Assembly: GCA_028715625.1 (NCBI GenBank)
Contig: JAQURL010000002.1
Coordinates: forward strand, 2,438-66,437
Length of the DNA stretch: 64,000 nucleotides
Origin: Candidatus Margulisiibacteriota bacterium
Lineage (GTDB): Bacteria; Margulisbacteria; Riflemargulisbacteria; GWF2-35-9
Direction of reading: 5' to 3'
Below, one piece after another: positions 47,729 through 55,951 of this stretch. Within the stretch, counting starts at the first letter, position 1, and each line of letters starts with the position of its first letter. The position numbers and the translations under genes are program-made. The notes below the pieces were generated by a model that had not been told where the DNA came from, made no database searches, and was given only the letters and a program-made list of their open reading frames with translations.

Positions 47729-47962
47729 ATGAAAGAGTTAGTAGAATTAATCACAAAAGCATTGGTAGATGATCCGAATAGCGTCGAAATTAAAGAAACT
47801 ACAGGAGAAAGCATAATAATTCTCGAAATTAAAGTCGGGCAAGATGATATTGGCAAAGTAATCGGTAAAGAGGGCAGAATCGCAAATGCAATAAGAACCG
47901 TTGTTAAAGCCGCTGCTGCTAAGCATGGCAAAAAAGTAACGGTTGAAATTATAACAAAGTAA
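47729..47962 (+). CDS. khpA: KH-domain RNA-binding protein (YlqC/KhpA-like)
   Basis: 77 aa with LVDDPNSVEI...GKVIGKEGRIANAIRTVV (GxxG KH motif). Canonical position between rpsP and rimM. Confidence 0.85.
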   Translation: MKELVELITKALVDDPNSVEIKETTGESIIILEIKVGQDDIGKVIGKEGRIANAIRTVVKAAAAKHGKKVTVEIITK

Positions 47963-47972
47963 GGAATATTTT

Positions 47973-48401
47973 ATGGTAAAAACAGTTACTTTAAAACGTA
48001 CGGTTACGATTAAGGCCATAGTTACTGAGGATTTTAAAAATTATCTTTCTTTTGAACTGGAAACAGCAATTAAAGACCTGCAAAATAAAATCCAGGAGAT
48101 AGATAAACAGGGGCAATTATTAATTGAGTCTTTAAAAAAAGAAGGGGCTTCAGAACAAACAAAGTCCATAGAACAACAGCTCAAGCTGGAAAAACAGCAA
48201 CAGCTTTCAGTAATCAATGATTTGAAAAATCGTATTGCTGAAGCAAAAAATTTACAGCTGGAATCTGAGTTTGTTCAGGGTACAATTGACGGTTTTGTGG
48301 CTATAAAGCCCGGAGATAATTTATATCAAAAACTCGGTGCCTTGGAAATTATTGTTAAAGACGGAATTATTCAAGAAATAAAAGGTGACGTGGAGGGATA
48401 A
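47973..48401 (+). CDS. YlqD-family protein
   Basis: 142 aa, coiled-coil-rich, in the same position as B. subtilis ylqD between ylqC and rimM. The N-terminus VTLKRTVTIKAIVTEDFKNYL is YlqD-like. Confidence 0.55.
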   Translation: MVKTVTLKRTVTIKAIVTEDFKNYLSFELETAIKDLQNKIQEIDKQGQLLIESLKKEGASEQTKSIEQQLKLEKQQQLSVINDLKNRIAEAKNLQLESEFVQGTIDGFVAIKPGDNLYQKLGALEIIVKDGIIQEIKGDVEG

Positions 48402-48923
48402 GTGATATCCCTCCCTGTTCCCCTGGAAACCTCGACCGTTCCAATAGGTTTTATTCGTACTACCCATGGTTTAATCGGAGGATTAAAAATTGGGTTTTTT
48501 CGTGATGATTATAAACCCCTTTTGAAATTCACCTCTTCTCTTTTTATTGACCGGACCCTGTTTCATATCAAAAAAGTTTCATGGCAGCATAATGGTGCTG
48601 TTCTTTTGATTGAAGAAATAATTTCTCTTGAAGAAGCTAAAAAGTATAAAGATTGCGTTGTTAGTGTGGATGAACAACTTATCGAAAAGCATCTTGTCGC
48701 AAATAAATATCTTTCTGAGACCTGGATAGGTTTTAATGTTTTTGATATTTCCCGGCAAGCAGTCGGATCGGTTGACCACATCATTTATACCGGAAGCAAT
48801 GATGTGCTTTCGGTCTCTACAGCAGATCATAAGGAGCTGCTTGTGCCGGTTACTGGAGATTTTATCATCAAACAAGACCATAAAAACAAATTATTGGTCA
48901 TTAAAATTCCCGAATATGTTTAA
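48402..48923 (+). CDS. rimM: ribosome maturation factor RimM
   Basis: 173 aa, GTG start. RimM N-terminal barrel (IGFIRTTHGLIGGLKI) and a PRC-barrel-like C-terminus. rimM-trmD synteny with an 8-nt overlap. Confidence 0.8.
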   Translation: MISLPVPLETSTVPIGFIRTTHGLIGGLKIGFFRDDYKPLLKFTSSLFIDRTLFHIKKVSWQHNGAVLLIEEIISLEEAKKYKDCVVSVDEQLIEKHLVANKYLSETWIGFNVFDISRQAVGSVDHIIYTGSNDVLSVSTADHKELLVPVTGDFIIKQDHKNKLLVIKIPEYV

Positions 48924-49668
48924 AACCAATATAAAAAAACTGGATATACTAACCTTGTTCCCCGATATCATTAAGGCCTATCTTGCTGAAAGCATAATTA
49001 AAAGAGCTATCGATTCAAAAAAAATTAACATTGATGTACATAATATCAGGGATTGTACCGAGGACAAACATCATCAGGTTGATGATGTTCCTTATGGCGG
49101 GAGTACGGGAATGGTCTTACAGCCGGGACCCATTAAAAAAACATTGGATAAACTACGAAAAAAAAATACCTGTGTAATTGTTTTCTCGCCTGTTGGTAAC
49201 ACATTAAATATGGATATAATTAAAGAACTTCTCGCCAAACCCCATCTTATTCTAATTTCCGGTCATTATGAAGGAATTGACAGGCGTGTTGATAATTATG
49301 TTGACCGGAAAATTTCCGTCGGCGATTATGTTTTAACAGGTGGGGAACTCCCTGCGTTATTGCTTTCAGATGCGCTGATCAGGCTTTTGCCCGGTGTTTT
49401 GGGAAATACAAATTCCTTTCAAGAAGACTCTTTTTTTAATAACCTGCTGGATTGGGATGTTTACACCCGCCCTAAAAAATTTGAAAATTTTACAGTTCCT
49501 GATATACTACTCTCCGGTAATCATAAAAAAATAGAGCGTTGGAAAAAAAGAAGTGCTATAATAAATACCCTTCGTTATAAACCGGACCTGCTGGCTCGGC
49601 ATAAACCCGACGAAGAAGAAGAAAAAATTATTAAACACTATTTTTTAGAGGAGGACTGTGATGAGTAA
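48916..49668 (+). CDS. trmD: tRNA (guanine37-N1)-methyltransferase TrmD
   Basis: From the ATG at 48916: MFKTNIKKLDILTLFPDIIKAYL...HQVDDVPYGGSTGMVL...ISGHYEGIDRRV...GDYVLTGGELPALLL. The 60-aa upstream extension in the ORF track lies inside rimM and was rejected. Confidence 0.9.
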   Translation: MFKTNIKKLDILTLFPDIIKAYLAESIIKRAIDSKKINIDVHNIRDCTEDKHHQVDDVPYGGSTGMVLQPGPIKKTLDKLRKKNTCVIVFSPVGNTLNMDIIKELLAKPHLILISGHYEGIDRRVDNYVDRKISVGDYVLTGGELPALLLSDALIRLLPGVLGNTNSFQEDSFFNNLLDWDVYTRPKKFENFTVPDILLSGNHKKIERWKKRSAIINTLRYKPDLLARHKPDEEEEKIIKHYFLEEDCDE

Positions 49669-50020
49669 AATTATTGATGAATTGGAAAAAGCCCAACTAA
49701 AGGCCGATTTGCCAGCGTTTAATGTGGGCGACACGGTAAAGGTTAGCCTGAAGGTTATAGAGGGAAAAAAAGAAAGGATTCAGTCTTTTGAAGGTATAGT
49801 TACAAAGGTTCAAAATGGCGGAGTTCGTAAAAATTTAACCGTAAGAAAAGTTGTTGATGGTATAGGTGTAGAAAAAACCTTTCTTGTCAATTCACCTCAA
49901 GTGCCTGAAATTAAAGTCTTAAGACAGGGCAAGACTAGAAGAGCCAAGCTTTTTTATTTAAGAGAAAGATTGGGATCAAAAGCCGGACGTATTAAAGCTA
50001 AAGATCCGCGCTATAATTAA
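49661..50020 (+). CDS. rplS: 50S ribosomal protein L19
   Basis: MSKIIDELEKAQLK...FNVGDTVKVSLKVIEGKKERIQSFEGIV...RKVVDGIGVEKTF. The ATG at 49661 follows the GAGGAGGA SD. The ORF track starts 3 nt earlier at a GTG. Confidence 0.95.
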   Translation: MSKIIDELEKAQLKADLPAFNVGDTVKVSLKVIEGKKERIQSFEGIVTKVQNGGVRKNLTVRKVVDGIGVEKTFLVNSPQVPEIKVLRQGKTRRAKLFYLRERLGSKAGRIKAKDPRYN

Positions 50021-50027
50021 TAAAAGT

Positions 50028-50714
50028 ATGGGAAAATTCATCAGATCTACTCTGGCTGTGCTTGCCGCGATTGCTATAGCTTTATTTATTAAGGCTTTTA
50101 TTATAGAGTTTCATTTAATTCCAACTGGTTCTATGATCCCCAATATAAATGTCGGCGATCGTATTATCGTAAATCGCTTTTATTTCGGTATTCAGAACCC
50201 TTTGTACGAAATAAAGCAAAAAAAATCTATAATGCTTTTAATGGCTAACCCTTTTTATAAAAAAAATTTAGCGTTTTCTGACAAAAAATATATTCTCAAG
50301 TTCAATAAAAAAATCAAACGTTTTGATGTAATTGTTTTTTTTCCACCTGAGGTTCCGGTTGAAGGTTTAAAGTATTACTTTTCACCTGGAAGTGATCCTG
50401 TTTACTTTGAGCCGCCAAGTCTGATTGGAGAGAGGTACGTAAAAAGAGTTATAGGTCTTCCCGGAGAAATCCTTGAAATAAAAAATGGTGATGTATACAT
50501 AAATAATAAAAAATTAACCGAACCGCAAACACGTAATGAGGACTTCAGCGACTTCGGACCTATTCGCATTCCTGCACATAACTACTTCATGATGGGCGAT
50601 AATCGTCCAAGGAGCAGTGATAGTAGGGTCTGGGGTACTGTTCCCGAAAACGATATTTTAGGTAAAGCCTGGGTTGTTATTTGGCCATTGTCTTCAATAA
50701 AACTTGTTAAATAA
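50028..50714 (+). CDS. lepB: signal peptidase I
   Basis: N-terminal TM, catalytic Ser box PTGSMIPNINVGDRIIVNR, the KRVIGLPGE Lys box, and GDNRPRSSDSRVWG. Confidence 0.9.
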   Translation: MGKFIRSTLAVLAAIAIALFIKAFIIEFHLIPTGSMIPNINVGDRIIVNRFYFGIQNPLYEIKQKKSIMLLMANPFYKKNLAFSDKKYILKFNKKIKRFDVIVFFPPEVPVEGLKYYFSPGSDPVYFEPPSLIGERYVKRVIGLPGEILEIKNGDVYINNKKLTEPQTRNEDFSDFGPIRIPAHNYFMMGDNRPRSSDSRVWGTVPENDILGKAWVVIWPLSSIKLVK

Positions 50715-50715
50715 T

Positions 50716-50922
50716 ATGACCAAGGATGCTTTTCCTGAAGACTTTTTGCAAACCAAAGATGAATTGAAGAAGCTTTTGGCTCATGCTCTTCCAAAAATAA
50801 AGGAATTAAATGCCAAGCAAAAATCTGGTGATGATTTAACTGCTGTCCAGCAAGCAGCGCTAGTAAAATATAAACGTATTATTTTTCTGTTGAAGGCTTC
50901 AAAAAAAATTAACTTATTTTAG
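50716..50922 (+). CDS. small hypothetical helical protein (68 aa)
   Basis: ORF only (MTKDAFPEDFLQTKDELKKLL...), with no recognisable family. It follows lepB closely, and its stop overlaps the stop of the convergent flagellar-family gene. Confidence 0.3.
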   Translation: MTKDAFPEDFLQTKDELKKLLAHALPKIKELNAKQKSGDDLTAVQQAALVKYKRIIFLLKASKKINLF

Positions 50923-51782
50923 CTGCCTATAGTTTGGATTACATTTTGAATCTGTTGGTTAACCATCTTCATGGCTGTCAGTGAGGCATTCATTGCCCGC
51001 TGTATCTCTGCTTCATCCACTGTTTCCCCAATAATTGAAACATTGGATTTTTCAACTGCACCTGAGAGGATCTGGCCCCTGCCCTCTTCCCCGGAAACGG
51101 TAGGATTTAATGGTCTGCCTGAGGCCGGGGTTTCTCTGTAACCATTAGCATTTGCCAAAAGTAACGCTTCAGGATTTGGAAAATCAGTTAAGGCCAGCTG
51201 GAATGTTGGTTTGCTATCTGACAGTTGACCTTCGCTGTTTTTGTTAGAAAAATAATCATCAACCAGAATTCCACGAACACCTTGATATTGCCAGCCAGCT
51301 TTAGACAGATTATCTGTTTTGATAGGCTCCAGCCTGCTCTGGTCAGTGTTTCCGCTGGGATCAACTTTGAACCCGTAAACTTTTCGTCCGCCAGCATCTA
51401 CCAAATAGCCGCTGTTATTAAATTTGAACTGACCGTTTCTGGTATATATAAAGTTGCGGCCTTCATCCTCTGAAATAATAAAAAAACCAGAACCATTTAT
51501 AGCTACATCCATGGTCCCGCCACTTCCTATTTCTCCTTGAGTGAAGTCAATTTTCGTTGAAGACAGGGCAACACTTGAGCCCTCCTGAACTGGGTTTGTT
51601 CCTCCGTAAGTTGATGACGCAGCGCTCCCCATATTTACGACTTTGTTGAAAATGCTTTGAAATGAATAACGTAGTGCTTTATACCCCACGGTCGTTGAAT
51701 TTCCCAAATTTGCCGCGCTCATGCGTAAGGCTGATTCATATGCCTTCATAGCATTGGCTTCATTGTTTAAAATATCCAGCAT
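50919..51782 (-). CDS. flagellar hook / basal-body rod family protein (FlgE/FlgF/FlgG-like, divergent)
   Basis: 287 aa. N-terminal rod motif MSAANLGNSTTVGYKA (resembles ANNLANVNTTGFK). Central NGSGFFIISEDEGRNFIYTRNGQFKFNNSGYLVDAGGRKVYGF. C-terminal GAVEKSNVSIIGETVDEAEIQRAMNASLTAMKMVNQ (resembles LExSNVDxxxEMVxMIxAQRAYEANSK). Confidence 0.7.
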   Translation of the reverse strand: MLDILNNEANAMKAYESALRMSAANLGNSTTVGYKALRYSFQSIFNKVVNMGSAASSTYGGTNPVQEGSSVALSSTKIDFTQGEIGSGGTMDVAINGSGFFIISEDEGRNFIYTRNGQFKFNNSGYLVDAGGRKVYGFKVDPSGNTDQSRLEPIKTDNLSKAGWQYQGVRGILVDDYFSNKNSEGQLSDSKPTFQLALTDFPNPEALLLANANGYRETPASGRPLNPTVSGEEGRGQILSGAVEKSNVSIIGETVDEAEIQRAMNASLTAMKMVNQQIQNVIQTIGS

Positions 51783-52077
51783 AAAATTTTCCCTTTCCGG
51801 CCTTAGTTAGGCTAATATTTTTATCGGATTAATAGCTGAAAATCTTGTATCGATATTTTTCTATGTAATCAGTTCTTGATTAATTTTTGTAAATTTTCCT
51901 TGATCCTGTCTTACACTTAAAAAATTGTTGCGGCAAACAGGATATACTGCAGCACTACAAAACCATTCCTTCTTCGTACATAGCCAATTATGGTAATGTT
52001 TTTTCCATAATTTTCTCAAAATGATAGTCTTCATTGAAATTATATATCGTTTTTTACGGAGACGATTATGCTAGGTT

Positions 52078-52182
52078 TTATTTACCGCTACACCAGCAAC
52101 CATCTGCGGTAACAACACCTTTCTTGCACTTTTTTCCATTTCCGTTGAATTGCGGACATTCCTTACAATAATTGATTTTCAT
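52078..52182 (-). CDS. unannotated small Cys-rich ORF (34 aa)
   Basis: Hand translation: MKINYCKECPQFNGNGKKCKKGVVTADGCWCSGK*. GGGGGGA SD ~7 nt upstream of the ATG (52182-52180). It is below the ORF-track size cut-off and lies in the largest intergenic gap of the window. Confidence 0.35.
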   Translation of the reverse strand: MKINYCKECPQFNGNGKKCKKGVVTADGCWCSGK

Positions 52183-52364
52183 ACCGATTCCCCCCGTGCC
52201 GTATATATATTATCGGTAGAAATAGAAAAATTTTTACTTTCCATATATGTTAATTTAATTTTATACTATATCTAAAAATAATGAAAGCCAGGTGTTTCTT
52301 GGCCGGGTAGAAAATATTTCTTTAATTTGTTTGCAATGCTGGATTTTATAAAACAATTTTTGTT

Positions 52365-53465
52365 TTATACGTTAAATTTAAACTCTACTACATCCCCATC
52401 CCGCATAACATATTCTTTTCCTTCTAAGCGTAAGGTGCCGTTTTCTCTGGCTTTTGCCAGGCTACCCGCTTTTACCAGATCCTTGTAACTAACAATTTCA
52501 GCTTTAATAAAACCTTTTTCAAAATCTGTATGAATTACACCGGCTGCTTGTGGGGCTTTTGTCCCGGCTTTTATGGTCCAGGCCCTGGTTTCTTTCTCGC
52601 CTGAGGTTAAATAGGTAATAAGTCCCAACAAATCATAACTTGCCTTCACCAACTGATTTAATCCTGGTTCTTTAATATCCAGGGCGTCCAGATATTCTTT
52701 GTTCTCTTCTTCTGCCAATTGACTGATTTCAGCCTCAATCTTAGAAGAAATTATAACCATCCCTGCCTTTTCTTTATCGGCAACTTCTTTCAAGGCCTGC
52801 ACGCGATAATTTTTTTCTCCAGCCTTTATATCCTGTTCACTAACATTGGCAACATAGATAACCGGCTTTTCCGATAATAAACTCAACTCTTTTAGAAGCT
52901 CTCTTTCCCTTTCGGTCCAGCTCAAGCTCCTTATGGGTTTACCTTCCTCCAATACCCTTTTTGCTTTTTGAAAAACATCCAGTTGTTCTATAGCCTCTTT
53001 ATCGTTGCTTTTTGCTTTTTTGGCAATAGCTCCTATCCTCTTTTCCAGAGTCGCCAGATCGGCCAGAATTAGCTCCAAATTAATGATATCGGTGTCTTCC
53101 TTTGGGTCTACCCTTCCATGCACATGAATAATGTCCTGGTCCTCAAAACAACGTACAACCTGCAAAATTGCTTTTACCTCCCTTATGTGTGATAAAAACT
53201 GATTGCCTAGTCCTTCTCCCTGAGAAGCGCCTTTAACCAGACCTGCTATATCCACGAATTCAATGCTTGTTTGAACAATTTTTTTGCTTTTGGAAAGTTG
53301 AGCTAATACATTTAGTCGTTCATCCGGTACTGTTACAATTCCCACATTGGGATCGATTGTGCAAAAGGGATAATTACTGGCTTGAGCATTACAGCTGGTT
53401 AAAGCATTAAAAAGAGTTGATTTCCCAACATTGGGTAATCCTACTATACCTAGAGAAAAACCCAC
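52365..53465 (-). CDS. ychF: redox-regulated ribosome-binding ATPase YchF
   Basis: 366 aa with GIVGLPNVGKSTLFNALT, the YchF coiled-coil insertion, and a C-terminal TGS-like domain (GFIKAEIV...EGKEYVMRDGDVVEFKFNV). Confidence 0.95.
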   Translation of the reverse strand: MGFSLGIVGLPNVGKSTLFNALTSCNAQASNYPFCTIDPNVGIVTVPDERLNVLAQLSKSKKIVQTSIEFVDIAGLVKGASQGEGLGNQFLSHIREVKAILQVVRCFEDQDIIHVHGRVDPKEDTDIINLELILADLATLEKRIGAIAKKAKSNDKEAIEQLDVFQKAKRVLEEGKPIRSLSWTERERELLKELSLLSEKPVIYVANVSEQDIKAGEKNYRVQALKEVADKEKAGMVIISSKIEAEISQLAEEENKEYLDALDIKEPGLNQLVKASYDLLGLITYLTSGEKETRAWTIKAGTKAPQAAGVIHTDFEKGFIKAEIVSYKDLVKAGSLAKARENGTLRLEGKEYVMRDGDVVEFKFNV

Positions 53466-53470
53466 CTAAA

Positions 53471-55927
53471 CTACTCTTTTTCCTCTTTTAAAATTTTATC
53501 AAAGGACACTACCCTGTCACCATCATCAAGTTTCTGAACTCTAACTCCTCTGGCAGCTCTTCCCTGTAAAGATATGCTTTTCACATTTTGTCTGGATACT
53601 GTTCCTTTTTCGGAAACAATAATGACTTCATCGTCAAGTTCCACTACAGCTCCACCCGCAAGACTGTCTTTATCTTTAAGTTTTATTCCCCGAAGTCCCA
53701 TCCCTGCCCTTTTCTGCAGTCTGTAGTCTTTCAATTTGGTACGTTTGCCGATTCCTTTTTCGGAAATCAATAACAAGCTGGACTGATCTTCAGCGGAATT
53801 AATTACGCTGTTAACCACTATTTGATCTCCCTGTTTTAAGGCCATACCCCTTACTCCACGGGCAGTTCTTCCGGTTGTGCGAACTTGATCCTCCTTAAAA
53901 TGAATAACCATACCCAGTTTGCTGACGAGTAATATTTCTTTCTGGCCATCAGTCACTTCCACCCAGCGCAGTTCATCTCCCTCATCAAGGTTTATAGCAA
54001 TAATACCGTTGGAGCGTATGTTTTTGAAATCCTCAAATTTTACCTTTTTCACTACTCCTTTGCGGGTTGTAAAAAACAGGAATTTTCCTGATTCAAAATC
54101 GTTCATGATAGTTCCTGTGGTTACTTTTTCATTCTCGCCTAATTTTAAAAGGTTAGATATATTCGAACCTTTACTATATCTGGATTCTTCCTGTATATGA
54201 TAAACTTTGGTTTTATAGGCTTTACCTATAGATGTAAAACAAACAAGGTAATCATGCGTTGAGGTAATAAATACTTTTTCAATCACATCTCCTTCGCGTG
54301 TTACCATGCCCCCGATTCCTCTGCCTCCACGCAACTGATTTCTAAAGGTATCCAGAGAAAGTCTTTTTACAAAACCGAATTTAGTAATAAAAACAACTAC
54401 AGTTTCTTCCTGTATTAAATCTTCCAGGTTAATTTCCTCAAAATCTGTAGTCAGTTCTGTTTTACGCTTGTCGCCGAAACGATCTTTTATTTCCAGGGCA
54501 TCAGCTTTTATAATATCCATTATTCTTTCTTTTTTAGCTAAAATGTCTTTCATATCTTTAATTTTTTCCAGAAGTTCGGCATATTCTTCCTCAATCTTTT
54601 CTCTTTCCAGACCGGTTAAGCGCTGCAGCCTCATATCCAGGATTGCCTGTGCCTGGATTTCCGATAGTTTGAAGCGTTTTACCAGTTTAGCTCTTGCTTC
54701 ATCAGCATTTGCGCTGGCTTTAATAAGGGCAATAACGTCGTCCAGATTGTTAATGGCAATCCGTAAACCTTCCAATATATGGGCTCTGGCTTCAGCTTTT
54801 TTAAGGTCAAATTCCACTCCCCTTTTTACAACAATAAACCTGTGCTCAATATATTTTGTCAGTAATTCCTTAAGGTTTAACTGCTTGGGTTGACCATTAT
54901 CCAGCGCTACAACATTGATTCCGTAACTGATAAGCATCTGGGTGTTTTTCAGAAGTTGATTAATAATTACATCTTCATTAGCGTCTTTTTTTATTTCTAT
55001 ATAAATTCTCATTCCTTTACGGTCAGACTCGTCTCGAATATCGGATATCCCATCAATAGTCTTGTCTTTCACAAGTTCGGCTATTCGAATTATTAATTGA
55101 GCTTTATTTACGGTGTAAGGTATTTCGGTAACTATAATGGCTTTCTTTTTTTTAGTTTTATTTTCTTCAACATGATATTTTGACTGGATTTTAATGATTC
55201 CTTTTCCGGTCAGATATGCATCAATAATGCCCTTTTGCCCGCAAATCATACCGCCCGTAGGAAAATCAGGAGCTTTAATATACTGCATTAGTTGCATAAT
55301 GTTCAACTCCGGGTTTTCAATGAGTGCTACTATCGCATCTATTACTTCTGTTAAATTATGTGGAGGAATATTTGTAGCCATTCCTACTGCTATTCCTGAA
55401 CTTCCATTAACCAGTAAATTAGGTAATTTTGCCGGCAATACTGTCGGTTCTTTGAGGGATTCGTCAAAATTAGGTGAAAAATCTACAGTATTTTTTTCTA
55501 TATCCTGTAACATTTCGGCAGCTATTTTACTCATTCTGGTCTCGGTATATCTCATTGCCGCAGGATTATCTCCGTCTACAGAGCCAAAGTTACCCTGACC
55601 ATCAATAAGCATATATCTGAGTGAAAAATCCTGCGCCATACGTACCAGGGAATCATAAACTGCTGTATCACCGTGAGGATGATATTTACCTAAAACTTCA
55701 CCGACTACCCTGGCGCTTTTTTTATAAGGCTTATCATGAGTAATGCCCTGTTCATACATGGCGTATAAAATTCTTCTGTGAACCGGTTTCAGTCCGTCAC
55801 GTACATCGGGTAAAGCTCTTCCGACTATTACGCTCATCGCATAATCGATATAGGAAGTTTTCATTTCGTCTTCTATGTTTATCTTTTTAACGTTATACAC
55901 TGAAAATAATTCTCCTTGATCTCCCAT
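53471..55927 (-). CDS. gyrA: DNA gyrase subunit A
   Basis: 818 aa with [24 protein letters not shown], the active-site region AAMRYTE, and C-terminal beta-pinwheel repeats. Confidence 0.97.
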   Translation of the reverse strand: MGDQGELFSVYNVKKINIEDEMKTSYIDYAMSVIVGRALPDVRDGLKPVHRRILYAMYEQGITHDKPYKKSARVVGEVLGKYHPHGDTAVYDSLVRMAQDFSLRYMLIDGQGNFGSVDGDNPAAMRYTETRMSKIAAEMLQDIEKNTVDFSPNFDESLKEPTVLPAKLPNLLVNGSSGIAVGMATNIPPHNLTEVIDAIVALIENPELNIMQLMQYIKAPDFPTGGMICGQKGIIDAYLTGKGIIKIQSKYHVEENKTKKKKAIIVTEIPYTVNKAQLIIRIAELVKDKTIDGISDIRDESDRKGMRIYIEIKKDANEDVIINQLLKNTQMLISYGINVVALDNGQPKQLNLKELLTKYIEHRFIVVKRGVEFDLKKAEARAHILEGLRIAINNLDDVIALIKASANADEARAKLVKRFKLSEIQAQAILDMRLQRLTGLEREKIEEEYAELLEKIKDMKDILAKKERIMDIIKADALEIKDRFGDKRKTELTTDFEEINLEDLIQEETVVVFITKFGFVKRLSLDTFRNQLRGGRGIGGMVTREGDVIEKVFITSTHDYLVCFTSIGKAYKTKVYHIQEESRYSKGSNISNLLKLGENEKVTTGTIMNDFESGKFLFFTTRKGVVKKVKFEDFKNIRSNGIIAINLDEGDELRWVEVTDGQKEILLVSKLGMVIHFKEDQVRTTGRTARGVRGMALKQGDQIVVNSVINSAEDQSSLLLISEKGIGKRTKLKDYRLQKRAGMGLRGIKLKDKDSLAGGAVVELDDEVIIVSEKGTVSRQNVKSISLQGRAARGVRVQKLDDGDRVVSFDKILKEEKE

Positions 55928-55951
55928 AACTATCTCCTTTTAAATCTGCTT

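Noticed and set aside
48736-48915. N-terminal extensions in the ORF track for trmD (48736), pgk (19701), gap (18658), hisB (11568) and rplS (49658).
   Set aside because: The extensions overlap upstream genes or a terminator. They encode non-conserved sequence, and good SD-plus-ATG starts that give canonical N-termini exist downstream.
52283-52310. Weak hairpin (GCCAGG…CTTGGC) downstream of ychF as a terminator.
   Set aside because: The stem is only 4-5 contiguous base pairs with a mismatch, which is too weak to call.
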